This document shows, piece by piece, positions 60,451-64,000 of a DNA stretch of 64,000 nt. Positions within the stretch are counted from its first letter, which is position 1. Each line of letters starts with the position of its first letter. Under the pieces are notes generated by a model, which saw nothing but the letters and a program-made list of their open reading frames with translations, was not told the DNA's origin and made no database searches. The DNA is taken from contig OZ244034.1 in NCBI GenBank assembly GCA_965215185.1, positions 3,057,535-3,121,534 on the forward strand, read 5' to 3'. Made by a program: the position numbers and the translations under genes. The stretch comes from Acidimicrobiia bacterium. Its GTDB lineage: Bacteria > Actinomycetota > Acidimicrobiia > Spongiisociales > ZC4RG35.

Positions 60451-60555
60451 CTAGGAGGGTGGTCAAAAACCCCTTAGCGGCCCGTCGACCGATGACATAA
60501 TGCCTGTTCAGAGGAAGACGGGCCGTTGCTCCCCCCGTCTTACACACCTTCCTAG
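60451..60555. mobile_element. MITE-like element, family A, copy 2
   Basis: CTAG-GAGGGTGG...CACCTTC-CTAG; homologous to 4610-4716. Confidence 0.7.
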
Positions 60556-63011
60556 CCGGCTTGGTCGGCGAAGCGCCAGAACCGGGTCACCCCGGACGCA
60601 ATGGCCAGGTCCCGCTCCCGGAAATCCTGGTCACTGCGGTAGCGGATCGTGAGTGACCACTGCCACACGCCGGGGAACGGCAATCCCCACACGCAGTCGA
60701 CGTCGACGCGGTCACCCGGTTCGCAGTCGCCGCCCAGCCACTTCTCGTCCTCGGGGTTCCCGAGGCCGACCCGCTGCATCAGCCGGCGCCCGTCGGCCTC
60801 GACGGCAGCCCGCTGGTCCGACGACATGGCCTGCCACTGGCGGTGCATCGCCGCTGACACCTGCCGGATATCCGACAGGTCGTTGTCGAACCAGGGGAAC
60901 AACGGCCGTGCCGCCGAGATGATCGCCGCCATCCGCCACTCGCAGCCCGTCGTGTCCGTCACGGCCAGGTCCTCATCCGAGGTCCACCACGGCCAGATGC
61001 GCGGGCTGCCCCCACCCACCCCGGGGTCGCCCGTCGTGATCAGGTAGCTGTCGCCGCCGGGTACGCCGCCGTGGGCGCCGGTCCGGGGGACGTCGGTACG
61101 CCACCCCACCGACTCGCGGACGCGGGCTATCTGGTCGCTGGGAATCGTCCGGGAGCACGCGATAGCGTCCGGACCGGGCAGGACCTCGAAGGAGCAGTCG
61201 ATGTCCTCCACGCCGTCGGGACGGGGTGACGGCCGCAGCGTTCCCTCCCACAGCCCCTCGGCGGTCGGTGTCCCCGACAGCTCCTGCGCCCAGATCCCGC
61301 TCACTCGTCGGAACCGCATTCGCATCCCGTCCGGTTCGTCCCCCGACCAGATATGCACCGTCGCGCCGTCGGCCACCGGCAGGATCCGGGTGTAGGAATG
61401 CCCGACCGTGAACGTCCAATCGCAGATACCCGACCAGCCCGGCGGAGTCGCCTCCACCACATAGAACGTACACGTCGTCCGGGGCAGGTCGGCGTACGCC
61501 ACCTCGTCGATCACCGCCGTCCAGGACACTGCCCAAGTGCCCTCCAACGCCGGTGACCCCCGCACCCGGTTCCCCTCCCGCGCCAGCCCGGGCGGCAGCG
61601 ACCCCGACGAGTAACGATCCACCCGCGGCCCCACCAACCGAGGCATCGCCAGGTCATAGTTCCGGTCAACCTCCAAGAAGAACTCACACACTTCGGGATT
61701 CCAACTGCCGGGGTCCACCACGATCGTGCAGGGCGTCTCATACCTGGCTCGCCCCACCCGAGCAACGACCTTCCCCCTGTAAGAGCCGTGGGACAGCGCC
61801 GTGCCGTACAAGAACGCCTCTCCCTCACCCCGCCCGGAGAGTATCCCGCGAGGCCGACGCCCCGAGTACCGATGATCGTCGTCGATGCTCGATCCCAGGT
61901 AGAACGGCAGATAGATCTCCGGATACTCCCGGTCCCCGTAATACTCACCCAGCTCCAACTCCTCATAGCATGGACCCGACCAGCCCGAAGTCGTCTGCGG
62001 CTGAGTAGTGACCGTCGTGCCCTCCCGCACCCGGAACACGCACGCCAACGTCAGAGGGTCCCCACTCGACACCGACGCCGTGATCGTCCCACGAGACACC
62101 TGCAGCGAGTTACCGTTCGACGTAGGCCGGCCGCTCAACGTCAGCGACGACGACCCCGACACCGACATCCCACCCGGCTGCGCTCCCGAATACGAATAGC
62201 CGGTCACCCTCGCATCCGAGTTCATCGGCAGCGCCTGCGAATACGACTGACCCACCTGGAAATCATACGAACACGTCCCGCTCCAATCCCCCGGCCCCGC
62301 CTCGGTCGTGGTCGTGACTTCCTCCCCCGCGGTGGTCGAGGTCGTCTCTGGGGTGTGGTCGTGCGGTACCCCCGCAGACCACCAGCCGCACCGGCGGCTA
62401 CCCCCGATGTCGTACTGGCTCGGCCGCGTCGAAGAACTGCCGTACTCCACCGACTCCCCCCGAGGCGGACCCGTGTTCGTCGACCGGGTATGACCCTGGA
62501 TCCCCGAACCCGGCAGAACGCACCGAGACGGGCCCGGCCGGTTCCCGATCAGCACTGTCCGGTGTGCTTGATTGGTGAACACCCACTTGTAGACCCCTTC
62601 GGTGTAGGAATCGTGCCGGTTGCAGGTCGCGCCGGTGGGAGCGTCCGCGTTCGTCAGGGCTACCTGCTGGCCGTTCACCACGTTGGCGGGTTTCCACTCA
62701 GGGCGGGCAGCACAAGTATCCTGCGGACGCTCCCGCCACTCCCCAGTGTCCTCCCAGGCGTCGCAATCGCCTGTGTAGTGGTTGAAGCGGACACATCGCT
62801 GCTTGATGTAGCGGTTGTAGTGCCAGAACTGGTACTCGGTGAGCCTCGTCGTTGTCCCCCGGTTCCAGGTGAACTGATATACGGCTTCGTCGTGGCCTGT
62901 ATGGGCGGCGCTGTCCGGTCCCGGGCCGAACAGCAGCACCAAGCCGAGCAGCACCGCGGCGGCCGCACCCGGTATCCAGACCTTGGGAGAGGCTAGGGTG
63001 CGGCGTGCCAT
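60552..63011 (-). CDS. Large secreted Cys-rich protein with four Ig-like (He_PIG-like) repeats
   Basis: N-terminal signal/TM; repeats W.G.C...F.VG..Y...LP...SG..P.G...L.G.P...G...C.F.V. Confidence 0.8.
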   Translation of the reverse strand: MARRTLASPKVWIPGAAAAVLLGLVLLFGPGPDSAAHTGHDEAVYQFTWNRGTTTRLTEYQFWHYNRYIKQRCVRFNHYTGDCDAWEDTGEWRERPQDTCAARPEWKPANVVNGQQVALTNADAPTGATCNRHDSYTEGVYKWVFTNQAHRTVLIGNRPGPSRCVLPGSGIQGHTRSTNTGPPRGESVEYGSSSTRPSQYDIGGSRRCGWWSAGVPHDHTPETTSTTAGEEVTTTTEAGPGDWSGTCSYDFQVGQSYSQALPMNSDARVTGYSYSGAQPGGMSVSGSSSLTLSGRPTSNGNSLQVSRGTITASVSSGDPLTLACVFRVREGTTVTTQPQTTSGWSGPCYEELELGEYYGDREYPEIYLPFYLGSSIDDDHRYSGRRPRGILSGRGEGEAFLYGTALSHGSYRGKVVARVGRARYETPCTIVVDPGSWNPEVCEFFLEVDRNYDLAMPRLVGPRVDRYSSGSLPPGLAREGNRVRGSPALEGTWAVSWTAVIDEVAYADLPRTTCTFYVVEATPPGWSGICDWTFTVGHSYTRILPVADGATVHIWSGDEPDGMRMRFRRVSGIWAQELSGTPTAEGLWEGTLRPSPRPDGVEDIDCSFEVLPGPDAIACSRTIPSDQIARVRESVGWRTDVPRTGAHGGVPGGDSYLITTGDPGVGGGSPRIWPWWTSDEDLAVTDTTGCEWRMAAIISAARPLFPWFDNDLSDIRQVSAAMHRQWQAMSSDQRAAVEADGRRLMQRVGLGNPEDEKWLGGDCEPGDRVDVDCVWGLPFPGVWQWSLTIRYRSDQDFRERDLAIASGVTRFWRFADQAG

Positions 63012-63031
63012 GTGTTCTCCTTCCCCGGGGG

Positions 63032-64000
63032 TTACCAGCCGGGGGTGGTGTTGACCCGGGTGCGCGTGGGATCGTCGGTCGGGTCATAAGCGGCGATCAC
63101 ATGCTCATTGGCCGTCACACGCGGTCGCGGGTCCGGAGGGCACGGATTAAGGGTTCCGCCGTGGTCCCTCACGAAGGGGATAGCAGCGTCGATGTACCGG
63201 CAGAAGCCCTGGTAGCTGATCTTCCACTCGCCGTCGACGTAGGTGAAGGGCACCACGTTCCACGCCCAGGCGAAGCTGCCGTCCTGCATCACCGTCCGGA
63301 TGCGCACGTCGATACGGTCCGGGTCGTTCCACTGCGCCCCGTACAGCTCCACCCGCCGTGTGCTGCGGTTGTCAGCGTCGGCCCAGACGCTGGTCCACGC
63401 ATCAAGGTCGTTGGCAGCTTCCTCCCCAAAGTACTGCTCAGCCGAGGTCTGCGACTCGGCGAACACCTGCGCTAGCAGGTGGCCGTCGCGGATCGTCGCC
63501 ATTCGCTGCTCGTGGCTCCCTGCCCGCCAGGCGAGGAACTCTTTCCGTACCTCGTCGAGCACGCATTCGTCCCGCACCTTGAACCACTGGTGGTAGTTGC
63601 CGGGGCAGTCCCCGGTGGCTTCGGGGTCGGGGCGGTGGTCGTCGGGTACTCGTAGGTGTGGCAGTGTTCCAATACGGCGTCGCCATGGTTGTGGTATACC
63701 TCACCGGTCTGCACCGCTTCGTCGTGATGCTCGTGCTCGCTCGCTTCCACCGGCGCCGCGGTGGTCGTGGTCGAGGTCGCCGCGGTGGTCGTGGGGACTT
63801 GGGTAGTGGTCGTGGGAGCCTGGGTGGTCGTAGTGGTCGGTTGGACGACCGCCACCATCGTGGTCGTAGGAACCGTGGTGGTGGTCGTGGCACTCGTTGG
63901 CGTGTCGGCGGCCACCGACCCCGAGGAAGTGGTGGTTGCCGGGGTGATCCTTGCGGTTGCTACCACGGTGGGGGCCGGCGCTTCCCGCGTGGAAGGGCTA
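63032..64000 (-). CDS. Secreted Thr-rich protein with NTF2-like C-terminus; apparent frameshift near 63625; starts beyond the window
   Basis: Poly-Thr linker and His-rich motif continue into EATGDCPGNYHQWFKVRDEC...YVDGEWKISYQGFC in another frame. Confidence 0.6.

Noticed and set aside
25380-63630. Programmed frameshifting in the methyltransferase, ISL3 transposase or Thr-rich gene
   Set aside because: No clear slippery heptamer with stimulatory structure; decay or sequencing indels are more likely

Overview
High-GC bacterial DNA; gene content and composition suggest Actinomycetota, possibly Acidimicrobiia (inference). 1-19.4 kb is a catabolic cluster: P450, amidohydrolase, three VOC proteins, SDR, Zn-dehydrogenase, M24 peptidase, TPP-dependent E1 alpha/beta without E2, HIBADH-like oxidoreductase, sugar ABC transporter, IolE-like protein and cupin, interrupted by a Fic gene. 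19.4-26.5 kb holds accessory housekeeping genes and ends in a tRNA with a CAT anticodon (probably Ile2). The main signal is 26588-55920: eight transposon-like units in a head-to-tail array starting at the tRNA 3' end. Each unit is bounded by 12-bp inverted repeats (GGGGTCTTCGCG...CGCGAAGACCCC) and separated from the next by exactly 5 bp, with ACAGC at both outer ends as expected of a target-site duplication. Three units encode an IS4-superfamily-like DDE transposase coupled to a tyrosine-recombinase-fold protein lacking most catalytic residues. The cargo is mostly toxin-antitoxin or defence-type genes, an RNA ligase and a cas-less CRISPR mini-array. Inside the array, an IS110 sits in the right IR of an ISL3, and its bridge-RNA target and donor guides can be read directly from the sequence. 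The window ends with further defence-type genes, a methyltransferase and two secreted proteins. All family assignments come from motif recognition by eye, not database searches.
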